Shown piece after piece: positions 28,831-38,557 of a DNA stretch of 64,000 nt (the stretch's first letter is position 1; each line of letters starts with the position of its first letter). Where the stretch lies: positions 416,001-480,000 of the forward strand of contig CAXXWQ010000004.1 in NCBI GenBank assembly GCA_963674945.2, in the 5' to 3' direction. Both the position numbers and the translations under genes were made by a program. The notes beneath the pieces were generated by a model. That model was given only the letters and a program-made list of their open reading frames with translations, had not been told where the DNA came from and did not search any database. This DNA is from an uncultured Desulfosarcina sp. (lineage in GTDB: Bacteria > Desulfobacterota > Desulfobacteria > Desulfobacterales > Desulfosarcinaceae).

Positions 28831-30258
28831 TTAAAAAGAATATTTCACTTCAGCTTGTATATCGTTGAAATAGTTATTTAAAATTTCGCTGTATGTCGGA
28901 CCAAAGAAAATTTCCAGACCGTCGGCGACTTTATACTTCAACGTCGCTCTTGCCACAGTTTGAACGGGTTGGCCGTCCTGATCCCAATAGTTTGCGGCCA
29001 TCAGAACCAGATTCAACGCATTGCCGGTTAAAAAATCGATGTTGGCATGGCCCGATATGAAATCGGTTCGTTCCCAAATCTGTTGGAGCAGGAAGTTGGT
29101 TTGGTTGTACGGCGCCTCTTCCTTGAAATCGGTGATGAAATTTTGTCCGGCATACAGATTGATCGTGGAACCGCTCACCGTAAATTCCGCGCCAACCACA
29201 TATTTGCCCCAACTATTTTTAATAAAAGGGTCGTCTCCGTCTTCATCCTCGGTAAACGTATACACCGCGGATAGTTTGGCCAAGGCAACGTCGAAGAGAT
29301 TGTACTGCAGGTCCAGTCCGGGACTACGGATGCGGTTGTATTTTTTCCCAACCAAGGTGTCGCCGGTTCCATCCGCGGCATACACATAAATGTCGGCGAC
29401 GGGATCGGGTCCGTCCACATAGCTGACGGCCCAATCCAGATATCCAATGGTGCCGAACAGGCGAGAGGCCCATTTGCTATCGCCTGGTTTACATTCGCTG
29501 ACCTCTTCTTCTTCGCCCGTGTAGAGATAGTCATAAAACTCCGGGTTGATATTGCTTTCAGCAACGGGGATTGCCATCGCTTCGAAATAGACGCTTCCCA
29601 TGCGTTGGGTTACGAGCAATCCGGTGCTGGCGATCTTGCTGTCTTCATACTCCGTGCTCTTATAGGATCGATCCCAGGCGTTGACCCGATCCGTTGGAAC
29701 TTCCAGGCCTTCCAGGTAACTCCAGGTCACCAGCTGGGTTCCGACTTTCCAGACGCGGCTGTTTTCGAAAATCTCCACAAAGCCTTCAATCATTCGTATA
29801 TCGACCTCATCGGGCCTCTCTTCGGAAATCAAGGTTGCCTCGTGGAGGGAGTGAGCGGTGTTGTAGTCGATGTTAACGGCGGTAAAGAGTCTGGCCCTGT
29901 CCCCCAGATAGCCCTCCAGCTTCACCTGCAGTCGTGTCCCTACGTTGTTATAGCCGCGGATTTCCTGGTCTGCCGGTCGGGCGGGAAGATTCAGATACAT
30001 CTCCTGCCAGAATGCATCGGAGTATTGTTCCTTATTCCAATACCCCAAGGCCTTGAGGTATCCGCCGATATTGACCGATAGCCCCAAAACACTTGCAGTG
30101 TCGCCGCTGCCCGCGCTTTTTCCCTCAGTTGCGCCGGTGTCTGTGGCAGCGGGCGCTTCCGAAAGATCCATCAGATCGTCCATGTCATCGGCAAAAACGT
30201 TTGGTGAAACCAAGCCGAACAGTAATATCGTCGTGATAAAGATCCATCTTTTTTCCAT
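28831..30258 (-). CDS. Putative outer-membrane beta-barrel protein (DUF1302-like)
   Basis: Signal peptide MEKRWIF...VFA, acidic N-terminus, alternating beta-strand patterns and C-terminal beta-signal EVKYSF; lies between the LolA-like and MMPL genes. Confidence 0.7.
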   Translation of the reverse strand: MEKRWIFITTILLFGLVSPNVFADDMDDLMDLSEAPAATDTGATEGKSAGSGDTASVLGLSVNIGGYLKALGYWNKEQYSDAFWQEMYLNLPARPADQEIRGYNNVGTRLQVKLEGYLGDRARLFTAVNIDYNTAHSLHEATLISEERPDEVDIRMIEGFVEIFENSRVWKVGTQLVTWSYLEGLEVPTDRVNAWDRSYKSTEYEDSKIASTGLLVTQRMGSVYFEAMAIPVAESNINPEFYDYLYTGEEEEVSECKPGDSKWASRLFGTIGYLDWAVSYVDGPDPVADIYVYAADGTGDTLVGKKYNRIRSPGLDLQYNLFDVALAKLSAVYTFTEDEDGDDPFIKNSWGKYVVGAEFTVSGSTINLYAGQNFITDFKEEAPYNQTNFLLQQIWERTDFISGHANIDFLTGNALNLVLMAANYWDQDGQPVQTVARATLKYKVADGLEIFFGPTYSEILNNYFNDIQAEVKYSF

Positions 30259-30283
30259 CTGCAGCAATCCTCGTTTCAACAAA

Positions 30284-31147
30284 TCACCACCACTTTCGCG
30301 TCAAGTAAGAGATATTGAAAATATCGGGGTCAATTTTCCCGGTTTCGTCTTCAACTTTGGTATTGTCCATCTGCATGATGGTCTTGGTGCCTTTCAGTAC
30401 CGTTTTCATCTCCGCTCCGGTGTTCCAGAAAACCCGTTTGCCATCCCGATTTTTCAGAACGACAAAGGAGAAAAGTGTCATTGTCTTGGCGAGCTGTCCG
30501 TTGAGATCGTACATTTCAGATTTGAAGGTGAGACCGGATGAAGGATGAACCCAGTCGATGGTTTTGCTGTAACCGTAATCCTCTTTTTTCTTTTCGCTTT
30601 TAAATTCCGATGCGATTTTCTCAACTTGAATTTGCTTTTCTTTGAACTCTATCGTTTCCGTCCCGAGCCAGGTATAGTGGCTGTCATCAATATCATCGGC
30701 GGAAACATCGCCGTTGGAAAAATCGGATCCCATGAAAGAAGAGCTTTTATCGGAGCCGATCACCCTCTTTGGTTTTCTCAATCCTTTCAGGTAAACCCAC
30801 TGGTCATCCTCTTGATCTCCCGGGTTCTCCGTCATCAAAGCGCTGTTGCCTTTATCATCCGCAGGGGCGAAGAAGTAGCTGATGTTACGGGATAAACGGT
30901 TGTCCGGATCTTTGTAGTTTTCAATGAAAATCGCGGCGCGTGACTTTTTCGTAAAGAGCAGTTTGCCTTGGGCGTCATAGATCTTAAATGCCGTCTCACT
31001 GGTCATCTTTTCAACCACCGGCATTTCATCGATGGCCTTCATGATCTTCCACCCTTTTTCTTGTGGTGTTTCAGCCATTACCGCACCGAAGGGGATGACG
31101 AGCAAGGCCACTACCAATATTCCAACGATTATGATTTCTCGCTTCAT
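30284..31147 (-). CDS. Outer membrane lipoprotein-sorting protein (LolA-like, DUF1329-related)
   Basis: Signal peptide; FFAPADDKG, DDQWVYL, KRV...SSFMGSDFS, YSK, MYDLNGQLAK; ATG 31147 after GAGGAG. Confidence 0.85.
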   Translation of the reverse strand: MKREIIIVGILVVALLVIPFGAVMAETPQEKGWKIMKAIDEMPVVEKMTSETAFKIYDAQGKLLFTKKSRAAIFIENYKDPDNRLSRNISYFFAPADDKGNSALMTENPGDQEDDQWVYLKGLRKPKRVIGSDKSSSFMGSDFSNGDVSADDIDDSHYTWLGTETIEFKEKQIQVEKIASEFKSEKKKEDYGYSKTIDWVHPSSGLTFKSEMYDLNGQLAKTMTLFSFVVLKNRDGKRVFWNTGAEMKTVLKGTKTIMQMDNTKVEDETGKIDPDIFNISYLTRKWW

Positions 31148-31272
31148 TTCGCTCCTCATTTTCAACATTGTTAGGTCAATTTTACGCGACCCTTGAACAC
31201 ACAGCCCTCTGTTACTTATATCCAGGGGAAAATATAATTTGAAATTTGTCCCGCTTGAGTGTCAGATTTATT

Positions 31273-31402
31273 GCGGGTTCTGTGCCATAATTTTTTATTA
31301 AATATATTCAGCCGGTTGTATATTTTTTATGCTTTTTAAACCATATTTGGTATAAAACGACAACCAAATATGGTATATTAATTTTATTTTACTAAATATG
31401 GT
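31273..31402 (-). promoter_or_regulatory. Sigma54 promoter module, copy 2, driving the LolA-like/OMP/MMPL operon
   Basis: TGGCACAGAACCCGC (31273-31287, minus); TATTCAGCCGGTTG 31305-31318; boxes ACCATATTTGGT 31340, ACCAAATATGGT 31363, ACTAAATATGGT 31391. Confidence 0.8.
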
Positions 31403-31442
31403 TTATTTATAATGACATTTACTCAAAATCACGACGGAAAGA

Positions 31443-31897
31443 GGGGCTTTCACCGGAGCGGTAAAGCGAAAACGGGGGCGATTCGAGCGCGCCGACCAGG
31501 GAACCATCTTTTTGGATGAGACCGGCGAATTACCGCCGAAGGCCCAGGTTCGTCTGCTGAGAGTGATTCAAAACAAGGAGATCGAACGGTTGGGAGGCAC
31601 GGAAACCCTGCCGGTGGACATCCGGATTATCGCCGCCACCCACAGGGATCTATCCGGAATGGTGGAAAAAAATGAATTCAGGGAGGATCTCTATTATCGG
31701 TTGAATGTTCTCCCCATCGTGATTCCGCCACTGCGGCAGCGAAAAATAGACATCCCCGAATTCGTCCGCTATTTTCTCGACAAGAAGCCAAGGAGCTGAA
31801 ACTGAAACAGTTTCCCAAACTGGCCCCGGGAACGCTGGAACCCCTGATTGCCTGTCGATGGCCCGGCAATGTCCGGGAACTGGAAAATGTGGTCGAA
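31443..31897 (+). pseudogene. Internal fragment of a duplicate sigma54 activator gene
   Basis: Starts abruptly at GAFTGA and is near-identical in DNA to about 20271-20727. Sensor domain and Walker A are missing, there is a frameshift near 31790, and the HTH is missing. Confidence 0.9.
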
Positions 31898-31923
31898 GGC
31901 GCCCTGAAAACAAACAGGGGTTT

Positions 31924-32796
31924 TTATCCCCTGTTGTCATGGCCGAAACCGGAAATGCGCAAGTAGGCATAATAGTGGTGTGAAAGTGGAAGTTCCACAT
32001 CATTTCGCCCGGAAAAGTATCGCTCCCTCATCTCCTTTGGCGTCAGGCTCTCAACGACCTCGAACCCCATTTTACCGACCTGGTCCAGAAAAACCTGCGG
32101 ATCTAAAAACGAAAGCTTGGCCTCTCCGACTTTGGCGGCGTGTTGGTGGCCGATTTCGACCTCGGGGACATCTTCGGGATAGACAAACTCCATGGATACA
32201 TTGTAATCGAAGATGATTTCGCTGCCGGTGCAAAACGATGCCGCCAGCGATTCCAAAGAACGGATTACCGCCTCATGGGTCAGGTATGGCACCGTACCCA
32301 ACCAGGAAAAAAAGACCCGGCTCTCCTTCCGGAAGGAGGAGCGACCGAGGGCATCCGTGATTGTCTCATGCTCCAGATCGGCAGGGATGAACTCCAGCGT
32401 TGCCGGCAATTCCCGATCGAGATGAGCCAGCATATCCTGCTTCCATGCCTGCGTCTCGGGGTGGTCTATCTCGTACACACGAACCTTTTCCATTAAATCC
32501 GGACGCCGCAGCGCAAAGGTATCCATGCCTGCCCCTAAAATAACATACTGATCGATACCCGACCGTATCGCTTCTTCGAGAAGATTCTCGGTATAACGCG
32601 CGCGACCGAGCACGATGGCAGCACTGCTGCTGGGTCGGGTTTGTTTCCCGCTCATGACATACTCGCGCATTTCCGGGCCGATGAGTTCGATGGCAAAGGG
32701 ATCTTCGATAAGAAAGGGTCGTTCACCATACAAGAAATGGACTGCTCGGATTGCCGCGCAGAGCTCTGCCAGATGACTCGGTGTATTTTTTTTCAT
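31924..32796 (-). CDS. Class I SAM-dependent methyltransferase, LCM/TIGR00027 family
   Basis: IEDPFA, RARYTE, QYVILGAGMDTFALR, VYEIDHP, FIPADL, FFSWLG. Confidence 0.9.
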   Translation of the reverse strand: MKKNTPSHLAELCAAIRAVHFLYGERPFLIEDPFAIELIGPEMREYVMSGKQTRPSSSAAIVLGRARYTENLLEEAIRSGIDQYVILGAGMDTFALRRPDLMEKVRVYEIDHPETQAWKQDMLAHLDRELPATLEFIPADLEHETITDALGRSSFRKESRVFFSWLGTVPYLTHEAVIRSLESLAASFCTGSEIIFDYNVSMEFVYPEDVPEVEIGHQHAAKVGEAKLSFLDPQVFLDQVGKMGFEVVESLTPKEMRERYFSGRNDVELPLSHHYYAYLRISGFGHDNRG

Positions 32797-32930
32797 TCCA
32801 CTCGTTCCTTCCTAACTTTTTATTCCCATGGCAGGAAAATTCCGTTTCAACTTCATTTTTTTCCCATTTTCGATATCCATCGGGCCAATCGTTTTATTGA
32901 AATTCGCTCCACATAAGCCTTTAGGTTTCT

Positions 32931-33061
32931 GCGAGTTTTGTGCCATGTTTTTTTTTCTTACATATTCAAGTTGTTGCGTAACCCCACCATCCCCTAAGAA
33001 CCAAATATGGTGCAAAACAGTAACCAAATATGGTGTTCAATATCTTTTTACCAAATATCGG
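32931..33061 (-). promoter_or_regulatory. Sigma54 promoter module, copy 3, driving the methyltransferase
   Basis: TGGCACAAAACTCGC (32931-32945, minus); TATTCAAGTTGTTG 32963-32976; boxes ACCAAATATGGT 33000 and 33023, ACCAAATATCGG 33050. Confidence 0.8.
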
Positions 33062-33203
33062 ACTTCTAAAAGAACTCGTTCATTATTCCACTTAAAAAGG
33101 ACTTTTTCATAAAAAGCGTTTCCCTCGTTTTTGTCTATCTGCGAAAAAAAGAATAACGAATTTCTTGCATGCGATTGTTTGGCCGCACTCGGCCTGGAAA
33201 AGC
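33061..33203. repeat. Inverted partner of the 21018..21150 repeat, joined to a MITE-like right end (33203-33219)
   Basis: GACTTCTAAAAGAACTCGTTCATTATTCC...GCATGCGATTGTTTGGCC, followed by CTTTTTGCGAAGCCGTC. Confidence 0.85.
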
Positions 33204-33217
33204 TTTTTGCGAAGCCG

Positions 33218-34483
33218 TCATATTTTGATTGGACGATTCTGATGAATGGTAGTCCGCCCCCCCTTGACGAGCCGGATGCAGGGGCTGCCGCCCATGCGGT
33301 AGGCCAGCTCGGCCGGTCGGTCGATCTCCCATACGGCGAAATCGGCGGCCTTGCCCACGGCCAGGGTTCCCATGCGGTCGTCCAGACCCAGGGCCCGGGC
33401 GGCATTGACGGTGAACCCGGCCAGGGCCTCGGCGGTGGTGAGGCCGAAAAGAATACACGCCTGGTTCATCATCAGAAGTGGAGAGGTGGTGGGGCTGGTG
33501 CCCGGGTTGCAGTCCGTGGCCAGGGCCATGGGGACACCGGCCCTGCGGAGGCGTTCGACCGGCGGTAACCGGGTCTCTTTGAGAAAATAGAAGGCGCCGG
33601 GAAGCAAGACGGCCGCCATGCCTGCCTTTGCCATGGCGGCGATACCGTCTTCTCCTACATATTCCAGGTGATCGGCGCTAAGGGCACTGAACCCGGCGGC
33701 CAGGACCGCTCCCTTGGAGTCGCTGAGCTGTTCGGCGTGGATCTTGACCCTCAGCCCCGCTCGGGCGGCGGCTTCAAATATCCTTCGGGTCTGCGCCGTC
33801 GAGAACGCGATCTTTTCGCAGAACACGTCCACGGCGTCGGCCAGGCTATCTGCGATCACGGCGGGCAGCATCTCATTTACGACCAGATCCACGTAGTCGT
33901 CTGGCCGATTCCGGTACTCGGGCGGCAGGGTGTGGGCACCTAAAAAGGTGGGACAGACGGTAACCTGTCCGTCTGCACCCAGCCTGCGAGCCACCCGCAG
34001 CATCTTGCGCTCGCTTTCCGTATCCAGTCCGTATCCGGACTTGATCTCCACCGTGGTCACCCCTTCGGCCATCAGTGCCGCCAGCCGTCGCCGGGACTGC
34101 GCGTACAGGTTCTCTTCCGTCGCGTCTCGTACCGCCTTTACCGTGCTGATGATCCCGCCACCGGCCCGGGCGATCTCTTCGTAGGTGGCACCGGAAAGCC
34201 GCATCTCGAACTCGCCTGCCCGGTTGCCGGCATGGACCAGGTGGGTGTGGCAGTCGATGAGCCCCGGCGTCACCCATGCACCCTTCAACCGGTGAACGGT
34301 CCCGGCCGAGGATTCGGCCGATGCCGACAGATGGCGCCGGGATCCCAGCCAAACGATGCGGCCGTCGGTCACGGCCATTGCCCCGTCCACCACGATGCCG
34401 TAGGGTTCAGGACCGGCCATGGTGGCCAGATGGCAATCCAGCCAGAGGGAATCTATGGGACCATCAAAGGGTTTGTCCGTCAT
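33218..34483 (-). CDS. hutI: Imidazolonepropionase
   Basis: [58 protein letters not shown] overlap with ftcD. Confidence 0.95.
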   Translation of the reverse strand: MTDKPFDGPIDSLWLDCHLATMAGPEPYGIVVDGAMAVTDGRIVWLGSRRHLSASAESSAGTVHRLKGAWVTPGLIDCHTHLVHAGNRAGEFEMRLSGATYEEIARAGGGIISTVKAVRDATEENLYAQSRRRLAALMAEGVTTVEIKSGYGLDTESERKMLRVARRLGADGQVTVCPTFLGAHTLPPEYRNRPDDYVDLVVNEMLPAVIADSLADAVDVFCEKIAFSTAQTRRIFEAAARAGLRVKIHAEQLSDSKGAVLAAGFSALSADHLEYVGEDGIAAMAKAGMAAVLLPGAFYFLKETRLPPVERLRRAGVPMALATDCNPGTSPTTSPLLMMNQACILFGLTTAEALAGFTVNAARALGLDDRMGTLAVGKAADFAVWEIDRPAELAYRMGGSPCIRLVKGGRTTIHQNRPIKI

Positions 34484-36108
34484 GGTTCTTCCCACCGGTC
34501 ACGGAGAATCACAAGCACCTCGGCACACTTCTTTTCTGCCCGGGCCAGCAAGGCGTCGGCCTGGCCGGCGATCTCTCTGGTGAACGCCGGATCCTCTAAA
34601 CCGGCCAGGTTGATCCGCACGTTCTGATAGGCGCCCCAGATGCCGGTCTCCAGTGCCCGGGCCCCAACCTGAATGTCCGATGCCGAGGCGATATTGCCGT
34701 ATCGGGCCACATCGCACATGGCATCCCAGGCCTCGTCGGCCAGCTGCATGGTGGCCAGCGGTACCCGGGCCGCGGTCTTGAGCCCCTGTTGCATCTTCTC
34801 CTTGCGCGCCTTTCTCTCCGGTTCGGTCCCCTTGGGCATGGCCAGCCCCGCCATATACTCGTTGAAGGCCTCGGTGTCGGCGTCGATCATGGGAATCAGC
34901 TTTTGGGTCTGGTGATGCAAGGGGGCGATGATGGCCCGCATCCGAACGTCCAGGTGCTCGAATTTTCTCACCCCGTACGTGAGTTTGGCCACCATGGCGC
35001 CAAGTCCGGTCCCCAGGGCGGCCAGGACCGCCGATACCGACCCGCCCCCCGGCGCCGAACTTCTGGCGGCCACCTCTTCGATAAAAGCGCGCAGGGTCAT
35101 GCCGGCCAGTGGTTCATGGCGGGGCTCGGCCACCGCATACTCGATGATGCGCATCCTGGGATCGAAGGGGGCCACAGAATTGAGACCCAGCCGCTCAACG
35201 GCCAGTCGCACCTTCTGGTCCTCGTCCAGGATGAACAGGTTTTCCTTTTCGATGTAGTACGCGGCAACCATGAGGATCGATTCCAGGGGCACCAGGCCGA
35301 CGATCTCCGATCCGGCCACGGCCACCTTGAGCCGGGCGGCATCATTTTTCACCTCCTCGAAGAGGGTATGGATGGGGGTCACCCGGAAATCGGTGAGATT
35401 GACGGTCACCTGGGCCAGGTTGTATTCATCCACATACCAGCCCATGCCCTTTACCGCCTTGAGCCGGCCCGGCTGCTCCTCCCCTCGCCCGGCCTCACGA
35501 AGGTTGAGGGCGATGCGGTGGGCCTGGTTGGCGGTACCCAGGATGTTGACGTTGTATGCAATGAGAAAATTACGGGCACCCGTGGCCGTGGCACCCCAGG
35601 CCGGATCGAAGCGGGCCGGCCCGAAATCGGGACGCCACCGCGGATCGGCCAGTCTTCTTGCCAGCCCCTCGTATTCTCCCCGGCGGATGTCGGGCAGTTT
35701 GCGGCGGTACTCTTCGGTAGCGGCGGCCTCGTAAAGGTAGATGGGCACGTCGAGTTCTGCGGCTAGCCGATGGGCGAAAGTCCGGGCGATGTCGACGCAT
35801 TCGTCCATGGTCACATTGCGCACGGGAACGAAGGGGCACACGTCCATGGCACCGAATCGGGGATGTTCCCCCTCGTGGGTGCGCATGTCGATGCGCGCCC
35901 TGGCAACACGGGCCGCTGCCAGGGCGCCCTCGACTACGGCCTCCGGGTCGCCGACGAAGGTGTAGACCGTCCGGTTGGTGGATGCACCGGGATCCACATC
36001 CAGCAGGGTGCACCCCTTGGTTTTCCGGATCGCCTTGGCAATGGCTTCGATGGTTTCCTTGCTTCGTCCCTCGGAGAAGTTGGGAACGCATTCGACGAGT
36101 TTTGTCAT
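34480..36108 (-). CDS. ftcD: Bifunctional glutamate formiminotransferase / formiminotetrahydrofolate cyclodeaminase
   Basis: [40 protein letters not shown], then the APGGGS cyclodeaminase domain. Confidence 0.93.
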   Translation of the reverse strand: MTKLVECVPNFSEGRSKETIEAIAKAIRKTKGCTLLDVDPGASTNRTVYTFVGDPEAVVEGALAAARVARARIDMRTHEGEHPRFGAMDVCPFVPVRNVTMDECVDIARTFAHRLAAELDVPIYLYEAAATEEYRRKLPDIRRGEYEGLARRLADPRWRPDFGPARFDPAWGATATGARNFLIAYNVNILGTANQAHRIALNLREAGRGEEQPGRLKAVKGMGWYVDEYNLAQVTVNLTDFRVTPIHTLFEEVKNDAARLKVAVAGSEIVGLVPLESILMVAAYYIEKENLFILDEDQKVRLAVERLGLNSVAPFDPRMRIIEYAVAEPRHEPLAGMTLRAFIEEVAARSSAPGGGSVSAVLAALGTGLGAMVAKLTYGVRKFEHLDVRMRAIIAPLHHQTQKLIPMIDADTEAFNEYMAGLAMPKGTEPERKARKEKMQQGLKTAARVPLATMQLADEAWDAMCDVARYGNIASASDIQVGARALETGIWGAYQNVRINLAGLEDPAFTREIAGQADALLARAEKKCAEVLVILRDRWEEP

Positions 36109-36268
36109 CGTTTTTGCCTTTCCTTTACTGAGGTGTAGAAAACCCGGTCTCCTACCACATAACAGAAAATAAATGGCTTATCCGTATGATTGTTACAAGA
36201 ATCCAGGAGGCAGAATCCAGAATCAGGTATTCGCCTTCGGCTCGATCCATAACATCCAATCCATGGAG

Positions 36269-36460
36269 CGAACATGATGATTTGATTACGGTTTGCGGTG
36301 TTTGAGCCACTTAGGAGGCCGAATATCAGCGCCTGAGAAATGCTAAATCAGTAGATGGCATCCCCACAATTTGAATCGTATCCCAAAAGCGTTTGGACTG
36401 CGCTGATGTACGGCAGCCTTAGTGGTGAGTTCGCAAGGTATCAGCAAATTATCATGTTCG
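36269..36460. repeat. Long imperfect inverted repeat (~190-nt hairpin) between hutU and ftcD
   Basis: CGAACATGATGATTT pairs with AAATTATCATGTTCG; CCACTTAGGAGGCCGAATATCAGCGC pairs with GCGCTGATGTACGGCAGCCTTAGTGG. Confidence 0.75.
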
Positions 36461-36535
36461 TGGAAACATCAATCTTATAGTTGGGTCATGACCTTTTCTC
36501 TGTGCTCTTGTATGAAATAAAACACAACGGATTCG

Positions 36536-38557
36536 TCATCGGGCAAACAACTCTGCCACCGCCGCAATCACCTTTTTCTCATCTGCCAGATACGGAATGG
36601 TGATCTGATCGCCGTTGGAATTCTCCCGGTTGTAGTTGGCGGCCACGGCCATGGCGTTGGGATTGCGCGCCCAGTTGCGCCGTGCCACACCGCCCATCAC
36701 GTCCCAGAGCATGGCCGATCGGATAATCGCGTCCACCCGATCGGAGCCATCGAGCACCAATCCGAAACCGCCGTTGATGGCCTTTCCGATTCCGGTGCCG
36801 CCACCGTTGTGCAGGGCCACCAGGGACATGCCCCGGGCCGCGTTACCGGCGAAACAGTGGGCGGCCATGTCAGCACACACGTTGCTCCCGTCCTTCACGT
36901 TGGCCGTCTCCCGGAAGGGGGAGTCGGTTCCTCCCGGGTCATGGTGGTCGCGACCGAGCATGATGGGGCCGGTCTTTCCCTCTCTGACCATTTTGTTGAA
37001 TGCCAGGGCGATGTTCACACGGCCGACGGCGTCCTGGTAGAGAATCCGCGCCTGGCTGCCCACCACCAGCCGGTTGGCGGCGGCATCCCGGATCCAGATG
37101 TAGTTGTCCCGGTCTTCGGGACGGCGGTTGGGATCGATGCAGGCCATGGCCGCATGGTCGGTCCTGGCCAGGTCCTCGGGCCGTCCGCTCAGGCAGACCC
37201 AGCGAAATGGGCCGTACCCGTAATCGAAGATGGGCCCCATGATGTCTTCGAAATAGGAGGGAAAAACGAACCCGTCCTTGGCGTCGACGCCGTTTTTGGC
37301 AACATCGACGACGCCGGCATCGAACACGGCCTTCAAGAAGGCGTTGCCGTAATCGAAGAAAAAGGTGCCCTGGGCCGTGATCTGCCGGATCATTTGAAAG
37401 TGGCGGCCAAGGCTCCTGTCCACCAGCTTGCGAAAGGTGCCTCGGTCTTCGGCCAATAGCCGGGTGCGCTCTTCGAAAGTGATGCCCTGGGGACAATACC
37501 CGCCGTCGTAGGCCACATGGCAGGAGGTTTGGTCCGAAAGCAGGTCCACCTTGAATCGTTTTACGACCAGATGCTCCAGAAGGTCCACGACGTTGCCGTG
37601 ATAGGCGATGGAGGTGGCCCGTTTGGCCTTTACGGCAGCCTCTGCAAAGGACAATACGTCGTCAAGATCGGCGGAGACCTTCTCCACCCATCCCTGATCA
37701 AAGCGGGTCTGAATGCGGGACATGTCCACTTCGGCGATGACCGATACCGCTCCTGCGATGGTGGCCGCCTTGGGCTGGGCCCCGCTCATGCCTCCCAGAC
37801 CGGAACTGACGAAGAGGAGACCGGCCAGATTGCCGTCGGCCGGCACGCCGCACATCTTTCGACCGGCCCCCAAAAGGGTGTTGTAGGTGCCGTGGACGAT
37901 GCCCTGGGGGCCGATGTACATCCAGCCACCGGCGGTCATCTGCCCGTAGGAAGAAACCCCCATCTGCGCGGCAATCTCCCAGTCATCGGGATTGTCGTAC
38001 AGTCCCACCATCAGGCCGTTGGTGATCATCACTCGTGGATTATCCGGGGCGGACTTGAACAGTCCCAGCGGGTGGCCGGATTGCACGACCAGGGTCTGCC
38101 GATCGGTCATCGCCTCCAGATATTTCTTGATGAGGCGAAACTGCATCCAGTTCTGGCATACACTTCCCGTCTCCCCGTAAGTAACCAGTTCATACGGATA
38201 TAGGGCCACCGCAAAATCCAGGTTGTTGTCCATCATCAGTTGACATGCTTTGCCGACCAGGCAGTTTCCCTTGTATTCGTCGACGGGCTTGGCCGAAATG
38301 GCGCCATGGGGCCGGAACCGATAGCCATAAATGCGCCCCCACGTCTTCAGCTCGGCCAGAAATTCCGGAATCAAAACGTCGTGATGAAACGGAGCAATGT
38401 ACCGCAGGGCGTTTTGCAGGGCTGTGCGGGTCTGGGCGCGGGTCAGCCGGAACCCCCGGTCCGGCGCACGGCGAATGTCTTCTCGGAAGGATTCCGGTTC
38501 GGGAAGATCGTCTCCGAGACGGATGGTCATGGACTGGGTGATATCATGTTCTTTCAT
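36536..38557 (-). CDS. hutU: Urocanate hydratase (long, UROC1-like form)
   Basis: NNLD, YPYELVTYG, QSGHP, YGQMTAGGWMYIGPQGIVHGT, GLGGMSGAQP, SDQTSCH, GRDHHD, HNGGG. Confidence 0.95.
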   Translation of the reverse strand: MKEHDITQSMTIRLGDDLPEPESFREDIRRAPDRGFRLTRAQTRTALQNALRYIAPFHHDVLIPEFLAELKTWGRIYGYRFRPHGAISAKPVDEYKGNCLVGKACQLMMDNNLDFAVALYPYELVTYGETGSVCQNWMQFRLIKKYLEAMTDRQTLVVQSGHPLGLFKSAPDNPRVMITNGLMVGLYDNPDDWEIAAQMGVSSYGQMTAGGWMYIGPQGIVHGTYNTLLGAGRKMCGVPADGNLAGLLFVSSGLGGMSGAQPKAATIAGAVSVIAEVDMSRIQTRFDQGWVEKVSADLDDVLSFAEAAVKAKRATSIAYHGNVVDLLEHLVVKRFKVDLLSDQTSCHVAYDGGYCPQGITFEERTRLLAEDRGTFRKLVDRSLGRHFQMIRQITAQGTFFFDYGNAFLKAVFDAGVVDVAKNGVDAKDGFVFPSYFEDIMGPIFDYGYGPFRWVCLSGRPEDLARTDHAAMACIDPNRRPEDRDNYIWIRDAAANRLVVGSQARILYQDAVGRVNIALAFNKMVREGKTGPIMLGRDHHDPGGTDSPFRETANVKDGSNVCADMAAHCFAGNAARGMSLVALHNGGGTGIGKAINGGFGLVLDGSDRVDAIIRSAMLWDVMGGVARRNWARNPNAMAVAANYNRENSNGDQITIPYLADEKKVIAAVAELFAR

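Noticed and set aside
31512..31799. 95-aa ORF as a functional mini-activator
   Set aside because: It lacks Walker A, the sensor and the HTH and ends at a frameshift; treated as a pseudogene fragment.
33000..33061. Regularly spaced 12-bp repeats as a mini CRISPR array or iterons
   Set aside because: The repeats and spacers are too short, there are no cas or rep genes, and the position fits enhancer sites.
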